NCBI GenBank assembly: GCA_030613025.1
Contig: JAUWMT010000003.1
Coordinates: forward strand, 14,752 to 78,751
Direction of reading: 5' to 3'
DNA: 64,000 nt
Origin: Candidatus Cloacimonadota bacterium
GTDB taxonomy: Bacteria; Cloacimonadota; Cloacimonadia; JGIOTU-2
Of the stretch, positions 10,099 to 19,039 are shown in pieces. The notes beneath the pieces are model-generated. The model ran no database searches. It saw only the letters and a program-made list of their open reading frames with translations, and was not told where the DNA came from. A program made the position numbers and the translations under genes. Position 1 is the first letter of the stretch. Each line of letters begins with the position of its first letter.

Positions 10099-11442
10099 AT
10101 GAAAAAATCTACAAAAATTATTCTCATAATCATTGTTATCATTTCTGCTGCATTGATCATCATTAACAATTTCATACGAAAGGATACAGATGTACTCTTT
10201 GCTAAAGTAAATGATAATGAAATTTTTCTTTCGGACATTGAAAATACCGCTGCCATGTATGGTTTGCAGGTCAATCAGGAAGACACGGGTCTCATTCTCG
10301 ACCAGCTTATAAATAATGAAGTTGCGAAAATCTACGCTCAAAACACAGGAATGGTTAACGAGCCGGGCTTCAATAAAGATTTTGAATGGCAAAAGAACGA
10401 GATGCGGAAGGAACTGCTCATTAACACCATGCTTGAGGATATTGTGAAAACTCAAACCACTATCTCCGACGAAGAACTCCTTAAATATGTGGAGGTGAAT
10501 CCTTTTGTAAAGATCAGGACGATCTTCATCCCTGTTCAGGATGATAGTGCAAAAGCGGAAGAAGAGATTTACGAAGCTTATGGAAAACTTGAGAAGGGAT
10601 ATGATTTTGAGAGTCTGCAAAAAAAATATACGGATAAAGCATATCGTACACCAAATAACAAAGCTGAATTGATCAAGCTGGAAGTCCTGCAGAACATTTT
10701 GCCCTATGACGGCAACCTTCCAGAGATCGATGCATTTACGCAGCCAGTGCTTACAAAATACGGATATTACATCATCAAACGTTATGAAGATCCTACTCTT
10801 GCTGAGATCAAAGAAGAAGTGGGCACAACAATTCGAAGTGAAAAAGAAAACTCCTTTCTAAATGATTATCTTGAATCTTTTAAAGAAGATATCATCATCA
10901 ATGATACGAATCTGGAGAAGGGTCTTGCTTCTCAAACTAATGCCAATGATGACCTTGTTGTCGCAACAAAGGGAAATGTGACACTTCTTTACGGAACGCT
11001 GAAAAAAATTCTTGATTTCTTCCTCACCACAGAGCAGAGACAAAATCTGGATTATCTCGATTACAAGGATATCTCGGAACAAATCGCTCTGCAGGAATTC
11101 TTACTCAGAACTGCGCTTGATGATAATTATGAATCATCAATGAATTTCATCTCCCAATGGGATGCGCAGTCACAGGAGTTCGACAAAAATCGGGGAGACT
11201 ATGTTGTTCAGCAGATGTATAAGGATGTGATCAGTCCTGCAATACAGGTCAATGAAGATGAAATTCTGAATTACTATGATGCTCACAAAAATGAATTTAT
11301 TATAGACGGCGTTCAGCAGCCACTCTCCGAAGTCCATTATGATATCGGTCTTGAACTGACGAATAAAAAGTACCAGGAGTGGTTCACAAATGTTATCAAT
11401 GAATATAACATAACAGTTGAAAAATATGAAGAAAATTTGTAG
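10099..11442 (+). CDS. Membrane-anchored SurA/PrsA-like parvulin chaperone
   Basis: N-terminal TM; AKVND.EI; PVLTKYGYYIIK parvulin motif; V.E.EI..YY. Confidence 0.7.
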   Translation: MKKSTKIILIIIVIISAALIIINNFIRKDTDVLFAKVNDNEIFLSDIENTAAMYGLQVNQEDTGLILDQLINNEVAKIYAQNTGMVNEPGFNKDFEWQKNEMRKELLINTMLEDIVKTQTTISDEELLKYVEVNPFVKIRTIFIPVQDDSAKAEEEIYEAYGKLEKGYDFESLQKKYTDKAYRTPNNKAELIKLEVLQNILPYDGNLPEIDAFTQPVLTKYGYYIIKRYEDPTLAEIKEEVGTTIRSEKENSFLNDYLESFKEDIIINDTNLEKGLASQTNANDDLVVATKGNVTLLYGTLKKILDFFLTTEQRQNLDYLDYKDISEQIALQEFLLRTALDDNYESSMNFISQWDAQSQEFDKNRGDYVVQQMYKDVISPAIQVNEDEILNYYDAHKNEFIIDGVQQPLSEVHYDIGLELTNKKYQEWFTNVINEYNITVEKYEENL

Positions 11443-12217
11443 TCTTTTACTGTGCCTAATTCTTATATTATTGATCCTCCAGTGCAATAAAGAGGAAAAT
11501 AAGAAGGGCATCGTCGTTGCTGAAGTGAACAAGGAGAAACTCTATGAGCACGAATTCCGCTCACTTTTCACAGAAGAGGAATGGCTCAAAGCTACTCCCG
11601 AAGAAAAGAACAAGATAATCAATGATTGGATTGAGATAACTCTTCTTGCCCAGGAAGCGGAGAAGCTTGGTCTGGACAAAAAGCCCGAAGTGAAATTCAA
11701 TATCAAATATGCAAAAAGAACACTTCTTGCGAATGAGATCCTTGCATATAACCTCAAGGATATTTTTGTATCTCGTGACGAAGTTCTGGATTACTATAAT
11801 CTACATAGAAATGATTTCTTGAAAGACAGAACATTATACAAGATCCAGCAATTCATTGTGCCAAACTGGGCTATTGCCGATTCAGCGATCAAACTCTTTA
11901 ATGGAGGTGAAGCATTCTACACAGTTGCAAAAAATACCGGCTCCAATTATCTTGTGAGGACTATCACAAAGAATGAAGTCACTCCTGCATTCTGGGATTT
12001 TGTTTCCGGTATGAAGAAGTGGCATATTCGTATTATTGATGACGAAGCAAAACTTAAGGTCGTGCAACTCCTTGATATTCAAGAAGAAGAATCCCCTATA
12101 CCCTTCCAGGAAATAAGCGACTCTCTTCTAATAGAGCTTCTGGAGATCAAGCGAAATGAATTTCTGACTAATGCATTAGATAGTCTTGAAATCAGTTACA
12201 AAGTAAAAATTTATTAG
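11426..12217 (+). CDS. PPIase-like lipoprotein
   Basis: Lipobox-like LILQC; VAEVN; LLAQEAEKLGLD; lies between two PPIase genes. Confidence 0.65.
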   Translation: MKKICSLLLCLILILLILQCNKEENKKGIVVAEVNKEKLYEHEFRSLFTEEEWLKATPEEKNKIINDWIEITLLAQEAEKLGLDKKPEVKFNIKYAKRTLLANEILAYNLKDIFVSRDEVLDYYNLHRNDFLKDRTLYKIQQFIVPNWAIADSAIKLFNGGEAFYTVAKNTGSNYLVRTITKNEVTPAFWDFVSGMKKWHIRIIDDEAKLKVVQLLDIQEEESPIPFQEISDSLLIELLEIKRNEFLTNALDSLEISYKVKIY

Positions 12218-12224
12218 GAATAAA

Positions 12225-13493
12225 ATGAAATTATTACAAATCCTCTTATTTATCAGTATCTTGGCTGTTGCCGGTATGCTTCATGCAGATCAAGTGGACG
12301 GCATTGCTGCGATCGTTGGCAATAAGGTCATTCTCAAATCAGAGATTGAAACCAATTATGAAGAGCTGAAAGCATCTGCTGCACTTGGTGAAAATATCAC
12401 AAGAGAAAATATTCTCAGATTACTTATTGAAGAAAAACTCATCATAGAGAAGGCAGAACGTGATGATATCACTGCATCTGAAGGTGAGATTCAAATGCAA
12501 CTCGAACGTGTCATGAAAAATATCATTGCCCAGTTTCCCACCTACCAGGATTTCCTGAAAGTACTTCAAAACGAAGGGCTAACAGTAGATGGATTAAAGG
12601 ATCGTTACAGAAGCCAGATCGCAAAACAGGTTATGCGTGATAAATTGCTTCAGCAGGCAGTTTTTTCAAAGATCGATGTGTCTGAATACGAAAAGAGAAA
12701 TTATTATGAAACTCATTTAGATAGTTTCCCTGATCGACCCAAAATGGTAAAGATCGCAGAAATAGCTATAAAACCGGCTATGGGTGGTGAGAGTCTCGAT
12801 CAAGCATTGCAGGAGATAGAAGATATTCAGAATGAACTAAATAAAGGTGCTGATTTTGAAACCCTTGCACAAACGTATTCTGACTGCCCTTCTGCCGCAC
12901 AAAACGGTGATCTCGGTTACTTTTCTCGAGGGCAGATGGTCCCGGAATTTGAGAAAGCTGCCTTTGAACTGGAGATCGGTGAAGTCAGCGAACCTGTACT
13001 TACTGAGTTTGGTTACCATCTAATAAGAGTTGACGACAAACGTGATGGTGAGGTCAAAGCACGTCATATTCTTATAGAAGCAGCAATGTCGGACAGCGAT
13101 AAAGAAAAGATCACTCAACTCGTAAATGAAGTATATCAAAAATTACAAGATGGGGCTGATTTCATGGAGTGTGCAATAGAGTATTCAACCCCGACAGAGG
13201 AAACCGTTGAAGAAGTTGTTATTGATGAATATCCTATCGATCAATTGGATCAAATACCTCAGATCGGTACATACATTAAGGATCTGCAGGAAAGCGAATT
13301 TACAGAAGTCCTTGAAATTGATGATACTTATTATATCTTCAAAAATATCGGATACACAGAACCTCGTCCTTATACATATGATGAAATCACTCCGCAATTA
13401 GAGCAGATCGTGTATCAGCAAAAACAGCAAAAAGCGATCGATGAATGGATCGATAAACTTAAATCTGAGATCTATGTTAAAGTGATCGAGTAA
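12225..13493 (+). CDS. surA: SurA-like chaperone/peptidyl-prolyl isomerase
   Basis: VDGIAAIVG..ILKSE; FETLAQTYSDCPSA.NGDLGYFSRGQMVPEFE; TEFGYHLI. Confidence 0.85.
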   Translation: MKLLQILLFISILAVAGMLHADQVDGIAAIVGNKVILKSEIETNYEELKASAALGENITRENILRLLIEEKLIIEKAERDDITASEGEIQMQLERVMKNIIAQFPTYQDFLKVLQNEGLTVDGLKDRYRSQIAKQVMRDKLLQQAVFSKIDVSEYEKRNYYETHLDSFPDRPKMVKIAEIAIKPAMGGESLDQALQEIEDIQNELNKGADFETLAQTYSDCPSAAQNGDLGYFSRGQMVPEFEKAAFELEIGEVSEPVLTEFGYHLIRVDDKRDGEVKARHILIEAAMSDSDKEKITQLVNEVYQKLQDGADFMECAIEYSTPTEETVEEVVIDEYPIDQLDQIPQIGTYIKDLQESEFTEVLEIDDTYYIFKNIGYTEPRPYTYDEITPQLEQIVYQQKQQKAIDEWIDKLKSEIYVKVIE

Positions 13494-13519
13494 CTATTAT
13501 AATTATTTGTAAAAACACC

Positions 13520-13553
13520 GAAGGTTCGATTGGCAAATCGAGCCTTCTTTTTT
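13520..13553 (+). terminator. Intrinsic terminator of the mfd-surA operon
   Basis: GAAGGTTCGATT-GGCA-AATCGAGCCTTC followed by a T-tract. Confidence 0.8.
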
Positions 13554-13584
13554 GTGTTGAGATACATACAAAAAATAGAATAAA

Positions 13585-13614
13585 CTTTGCGAAAGATAGG
13601 AAACTTTCGCAAAG
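13585..13614. repeat. Palindromic repeat CTTTGCGAAAG-N8-CTTTCGCAAAG
   Basis: Near-identical copy at 17573-17602; both lie just after stop codons of minus-strand genes. Confidence 0.7.
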
Positions 13615-13620
13615 ATACAA

Positions 13621-14448
13621 TTACGGTACGATCCTCCTGCCCATAGCATCTTTTCTGCCGGGAGAGTTATCATAAATTTCTGAAACAAAATATATCACAG
13701 CAGGATAATCGCGTGGAAATTTTCCATGAAAATAGCTGTGCACATCATTAATATAGCGCACAACCAGCTTCTCATATTCTGTCAGATCGGGGTCATCCGG
13801 ATGAAGCAGACGAGCAATGGTCTTCAATTTATAAGAAGGAATATCAAGAAATACTATCGTCGAAGATGGATCTGTCATCTGGTTCAAGAAGGTTTGTGTC
13901 TCGAACTCCGGAATTGCATATAATTCTAGGGAAACCTGACGGTCTAGGTCGAAGAGAGAATCAACATTAGTATAAAAATAGCGGAGTATTTCCAGTTTTT
14001 TCACAAAAGAAGAATCGTCAGTATCTTCCATCAACTGGATAAGTTCCTGAAGTTTATCTGCTTTTGGCAAAAACCCCATACCCTTGACTGCGTTGTTCAG
14101 TTTGAACTGCGAATCCTCTCTCTTATAGCCATAAGTTGCAACAATTCCATTATGCGGTCCGGCAAGTTCAGGTGGTTTCATTTGCAAAAACCTATCAAGC
14201 GTTTCAATCCTTTTCTGAACATCCCATTCCATGAATTTTTCCGGAAATTCTACAAGCTGAAATTTTCCCCATTTCCCGTCAACACGAGCTTGTATGACAG
14301 AATCTCCTGGCTCGGGAGTTACCACGCAATCCTGCTGAAAGTAATTATCTATCCAGAAATTTGTTTTTACTGATTTTTGTGTGTCCTCACAGGAAACAAG
14401 TGCGAAAACAATTCCGAGAATAAGGCATAAATTGATTATTTTTTTCAT
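13621..14448 (-). CDS. Hypothetical lipoprotein, possibly an FMN-binding split-barrel fold
   Basis: Lipobox ALVSC; TFLNQMTDPSSTIVFLD and EIYDNSPG resemble PNPOx-like proteins (weak). Confidence 0.55.
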   Translation of the reverse strand: MKKIINLCLILGIVFALVSCEDTQKSVKTNFWIDNYFQQDCVVTPEPGDSVIQARVDGKWGKFQLVEFPEKFMEWDVQKRIETLDRFLQMKPPELAGPHNGIVATYGYKREDSQFKLNNAVKGMGFLPKADKLQELIQLMEDTDDSSFVKKLEILRYFYTNVDSLFDLDRQVSLELYAIPEFETQTFLNQMTDPSSTIVFLDIPSYKLKTIARLLHPDDPDLTEYEKLVVRYINDVHSYFHGKFPRDYPAVIYFVSEIYDNSPGRKDAMGRRIVP

Positions 14449-14587
14449 TATCGCTGCTCCTATTTTTTTTCTGTGATTCGAATACATTTGAATTCTCAAT
14501 TGATTGTCAATTTTCACAAGAAAAGAAACATTGACAGTCAGCTGCCATTATCTGAATTCCAAATCAACTTAATCTCAAGAGGTTAAC

Positions 14588-16078
14588 ATGAAATTCAAAA
14601 GATCCTGTGGTGTTTTACTGCATCCCACTTCTCTGCCCGGCAGATTCGGCATTGGAGATCTTGGTCCGGAAGCATATAGATTTATTGATTTCCTGGTAAA
14701 ATCGGAACAAAAAATCTGGCAGATACTTCCGCTAAATTATCCCGGCTATGGAAATTCACCATACAATCCGATCTCTGCTTTTGCAGGTAATCCTTATTTG
14801 ATCAGCCCGGAAAAACTAGTTGAGCAAGGATATCTTGACCCAGAAGAGATCGAAGATCATCCCGAGTTTGATGCTCATAAAGTTGATTTTCACAAAATTA
14901 TTGAATACAAAGATTTATTATTTAAGAGAGCTTTTCAGAATTTTCAAGATCACACCCCACATAAAATTTTATCTGATTTCGATATTTTCTGCTATGAAAA
15001 TACTTCTTGGCTCGATGATTTCAGCTTATTCGCTGCACTTCGTGAGAAAAATGATTTTCGTTCGTGGAATACATGGGAAAAAGATGTGCGGATGAGAAAA
15101 GAAAAAGCACTCATTCTTTCCAGAAATAAACTCGCAGAGCAGATACGTTACCATAAATTCGTACAATACCTTTTCTACACTCAATGGCAGGAACTTCTGA
15201 ATTATGCTCACAAGAAGAATGTTCAGATAGTTGGTGACATTCCGATATTTGTTGCTTATGACAGCGCCGATGTATGGGTGCATCAAAACCTTTTTTATCT
15301 TGATGAAAATGGAAATCCGACTGTCATTTCCGGAGTACCTCCTGACGAATTTTCCAAAGAGGGGCAACTCTGGGGAAATCCGCTCTATGATTGGGATGTG
15401 ATGAAACAGAATGACTATCTCTGGTGGCAGGAACGCATTTCTCATTTACTGAATTTTGTTGATTATATCCGTATTGATCATTTTATAGGATTCATCCGGT
15501 ATTGGATGGTGAAACCCGGTTCAAAAACTGCCCAAAAAGGTAAATGGGGCAAAGGACCAGATGCTCATTTCTTTTCTACGATAAAGAGCCATCTGGGAGA
15601 ACTTCCCATTATTGCAGAAGATCTCGGAATTATCATTCCCCGCGTGAATGAGCTTCGTGATGAGTTTGGCTTTCCGGGCATGAAGATCCTGCAATATTCT
15701 TTTGCTGAGCAAGATCAGCGTCCTCATGAGTTTGAGCAGAATTCAATTACTTATCCCGGTACTCATGATAATGATACTATGAAAACCTGGTTTGTGAATT
15801 TGAAAAAGTATGAACCCGAGATATATAAAACCTTAACTGAATATATTAATTATAATGAAGAAGAGTCCTTTTGCCAGCAGATGATCGAGTGTGCCTATTC
15901 AACTCCTTCCAATTGGACGATCATTCAATTGCAGGATATTCTCTGCCTTGGTGCTGAAGCACGGATGAACCGACCCGGTACAGTTGAAGATAATTGGGTC
16001 TGGCACTTTACTGATGAAATGATCACGAATGAAATAATTGAGAAGCTTCGGGAATTGGTTGAGAAGTATAAGAGATAA
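14588..16078 (+). CDS. malQ: 4-alpha-glucanotransferase (GH77)
   Basis: LHPTSLPG, WQILPL, GVPPD..GQLWGNPLY, RIDHF, AEDLG, GTHDNDT, RMN.PG. Confidence 0.97.
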   Translation: MKFKRSCGVLLHPTSLPGRFGIGDLGPEAYRFIDFLVKSEQKIWQILPLNYPGYGNSPYNPISAFAGNPYLISPEKLVEQGYLDPEEIEDHPEFDAHKVDFHKIIEYKDLLFKRAFQNFQDHTPHKILSDFDIFCYENTSWLDDFSLFAALREKNDFRSWNTWEKDVRMRKEKALILSRNKLAEQIRYHKFVQYLFYTQWQELLNYAHKKNVQIVGDIPIFVAYDSADVWVHQNLFYLDENGNPTVISGVPPDEFSKEGQLWGNPLYDWDVMKQNDYLWWQERISHLLNFVDYIRIDHFIGFIRYWMVKPGSKTAQKGKWGKGPDAHFFSTIKSHLGELPIIAEDLGIIIPRVNELRDEFGFPGMKILQYSFAEQDQRPHEFEQNSITYPGTHDNDTMKTWFVNLKKYEPEIYKTLTEYINYNEEESFCQQMIECAYSTPSNWTIIQLQDILCLGAEARMNRPGTVEDNWVWHFTDEMITNEIIEKLRELVEKYKR

Positions 16079-16087
16079 AAACTTACC

Positions 16088-16180
16088 TTGTCATTTTTGA
16101 GGAGCGGAGCGAAGAATCTCGTTAAAGGATAAACTATTCTATCGGGAGATTCTTCGCTCCACTTCGTTACTCTCAGAATG
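16088..16180. repeat. REP-like palindromic element, interrupted at its right end by the IS110
   Basis: Perfect 15-bp arms 16106-16120 / 16146-16160; outer arms TTGTCATT... / CTCAGAATG|ACAA, with the final ACAA found after the IS at 17389. Confidence 0.75.
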
Positions 16181-16200
16181 TACTGTGTTTCAAAGTCAAC

Positions 16201-17163
16201 TTATTTTGCATATTGAGGGTTCCATTCTCTATCATATTTTACAATAGCAAAGATATGACGTAGTAATTTATGTGCGACTGCAACAAGTGCAACTTTCTTT
16301 AATTTACCTGATGCCAATAATCGGTCATAATATTCTCGATATACCGGGTTATATTTCTTTGCACTCAACGCACTCATGTAAAGAGTCTTACGTATCAAAG
16401 CATGTCCCTTCTTACTTATGTTGGAACCTCTTTTTACACTCGTTCCAGATTGTCTTGGGTTGGGATTTAGTCCCGCAAAGGAAACCGCCTGCTTTGCTGT
16501 CTCAAATTGCTCAAAATTACCATAAAAAGCCATAATCATTGATGCCGTCATCTTGCCGACCCCCTTGATAGAGGTCAGCTTCGATGACTGATCTGGAAAA
16601 TGAGTATCGAGATAATCATAAAGAATCTTCTTAAGCTTGTCTATCTCACACTCTATCTTCTAAACCATCGACCGATAAGTCTTTCCAACTTCCTTCGATA
16701 CCGGATACCCATGAGTATACGATTCAAGCCGATTACTGAACGCGGTGTGGGTTTTATGTAAATCTTCGATAGCTTTTGATAACTGGAACAATACCATACG
16801 ATCATCTGAGTGGGGGGCAAATTCTTCGGGATTTTGTTCATAACCATATTCGGCTATTAGTCTTGCATCAATACTGTCCGTCTTCGCTCTTAACATCTTC
16901 ATCTCGCCATAACGCTTGATGATCAAAGGATTTATTACTGATACAAAGTAGCCCCAATCATGAGCTTCCAAGGCAATCCTTAAATGATAGATACCAGTAG
17001 CTTCCATCACTATCTGAAGATCGTCTGATGAATATTTCTTAAGAAATTTCACAAAAGCTTTCTTGTTGTTAGCGATGGTAATATTATCATGCTTCTCTCC
17101 ATTATAAAGAGAAATATCAAGTGTCTCTTTTGACACGTCTATTCCGGCTGTTAGCTTTTTCAT
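16201..17163 (-). pseudogene. IS110 DEDD recombinase with a single in-frame TAG at 16660-16662
   Basis: GIDVSK, MEATG, KTDSIDA; after the stop the same frame continues KIECEIDKLKK..LTSIKGVGKMTA..GLNP..QSG..ISKKG..VAVAHKL. Confidence 0.9.
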
Positions 17164-17169
17164 CTAAAC

Positions 17170-17370
17170 TCCTTTACAAGATTGTAAGGAATAAGTAATC
17201 TATCATTGTGCATTATGCAGGTTATAAACCTAATGTACTGTTCAGATTCGTGGAAGGTGGGCTTAACATTCCCTGCGGTCTGTAAGACCAATGACAATAT
17301 AAGCTTGCTCACCTTCCCCTATTCCTTTCAATTATGCTTTTCATGACTATTCTTCTATTTATAAATAATT
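17170..17370 (-). ncRNA. Predicted IS110 bridge RNA (target-binding and donor-binding loops); ends approximate
   Basis: Two stem-internal-loop-hairpin units (17252-17317, 17198-17247) whose loop sequences match the flanking target and the element ends. Confidence 0.75.
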
Positions 17371-17460
17371 TGTAGTCAATATACAATGACAATATTGTTT
17401 TACCTTTAAACACCATTAATTTCCTTCTCCTCCCAGTAGAGGGCTGGGGTGAGGTAAAAT

Positions 17461-17489
17461 AAAAAAAGGGGCTGAATATATTCAGCCCC
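17461..17489 (-). terminator. Intrinsic terminator
   Basis: GGGGCTGAAT/ATTCAGCCCC hairpin with a T7 tract on the minus strand. Confidence 0.7.
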
Positions 17490-17529
17490 GATATGAGCGT
17501 CCCCAACGAGGGCGTTGGGAACGAGAAGT

Positions 17530-17558
17530 AAAAACCGTCAGGAATTTCTCCCTGACGG
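17530..17558 (-). terminator. Intrinsic terminator at the end of the glucan locus
   Basis: CCGTCAGG/CCTGACGG hairpin plus T-tract on the minus strand. Confidence 0.7.
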
Positions 17559-17613
17559 CTCTTGAATATTTAACTTTGCGAAAGTGAAAAACTTTCGCAA
17601 AGGTTTATTAAAT

Positions 17614-18954
17614 CTATCTCATCAAAATAACTTGCTTCGTTGCGTAATACTGTCCATTTACCTGTACAGAATACAGGTAAATACCGTTGGATAATGTTTT
17701 GCCATGCTCATCTTTACCATTCCATTGCATAGAAACAGGAACATCAGCATTAACATGGAGTGAACTAAAAGATTTAACCAGCGCACCCTTTACATCATAA
17801 ATCGCAACATCGACCATTGCTGTTTGAGTAAGCATGAACTCGATCTTCGTTGTCTCATTAAAGGGATTTGGTGAAGCAATTAGATCATACACACGAGGAG
17901 GAGTAACGTTTGGATTTGGATCATTGGTTTCGGGAATGGTTATCATTGCAACTTTATCAAAGTGATGTATTGTACCACTGTAATCTACGCTCTCAAGCCA
18001 GTAATAATAAACATCATCAACCTGCGGATTAGCGATTACATCTTCATAAATATAGGACTGCATTTGTGTAGTTGTACCGTGACCTTCTATCATGCCGGAT
18101 ACTCTTGTTGCAGAAGTGAAATCCTCTGCCTGATTACGGTATACGAACCAGCCCATATTATCTGTCTCGGATTGAGTGGTCCAGTAGAGTAAAGGTTTTC
18201 CTGCAAGGTATTGAGCAGTGAAGGTTGAGAGCTCAACGGGGAGGGTGACACCACTATCGGGAATACCATCGCTGTTAGAATCAATAGTGATTGACCATAA
18301 GTTAGTAAGATGATCAGGCCCGCCATCTCCATCAGTATCAGCATTATCTGGTGCTGAGTCACAAGCTCCGTAATTATCGCCACCAGCAATAACACCAACA
18401 ATTTTCAGTGACGCCCCTGAAGGAACAGTCCCTGCCCCTAATCCATAAATACTATTCCATGGAATTGCAACCTCAGCAGATGTCGTTCCGCTAATTGTAC
18501 AGCTACCACTTATAGCATCATCTGAAGTATTATCAGTAATAGTCCAAACACCTGGAGTTCCGCTATCCCAACTTGCGATCATAAGATCAATAGCATCATC
18601 CTAATTGAAGATTATATTTCTAGGATATGCACCTGTATATCCATTATTACTATTAAAATCAGTTTCACCACCAACAATACTCATATCCAAATAAACAATC
18701 ATTGCATTGCCTGATGCAGTATATTCTATGCCCACATATAAATTATCAGCATCCCAAGTTAACCACAGATTATTCATTTCGCTTGATGCACCCCATGCAG
18801 AATCATCATTGGGATCATCTACAATTAATTCATCCGAATCCCAATCACCTGCTGCTATGTTAATAGAACCATCAATAGTAGGTGTGTTATATGTTACACC
18901 AAAAAGCAATGATGTACAAAACACAAACACTGTAATTAATATTATTTTTTTCAT
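17614..18954 (-). pseudogene. Secreted CTD protein with DOMON/CBM9-like domain; single in-frame TAG at 18601-18603
   Basis: ORFs 18601-18954 and 17614-18582 share a frame (..IIFN*DDAIDLMIASWD); signal peptide; TLPVELSTFTA motif; CTD. Confidence 0.8.
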
Positions 18955-19039
18955 CGTACCTCCTAAATATTATTTTAGATTTTTCATAATTTTTTAATTA
19001 CTATTTAAGAAATTTTTGTCAAATTTTATTCTAATTTTA

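Larger units (their letters stand above)
16177..17388 (-). mobile_element. IS110-family insertion sequence
   Basis: DEDD transposase; no TIRs; AATG repeated at both junctions (16177-80, 17385-88); removing the element restores the REP end. Confidence 0.9.

Noticed and set aside
6685-13493. mfd followed by three PPIase/SurA genes as a novel system
   Set aside because: Housekeeping arrangement; nothing unusual beyond the upstream MITE.
17309-17506. 65-aa ORF upstream of the IS110 transposase
   Set aside because: It spans the IS end, a repeat and a terminator, and is better explained as non-coding.
16660-18603. Genome-wide TAG recoding or pyrrolysine
   Set aside because: TAG clearly ends intact genes here (e.g. 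12217, 17614, 27340, 37937, 43026), the third interruption is TAA, and no pyl genes are in view.
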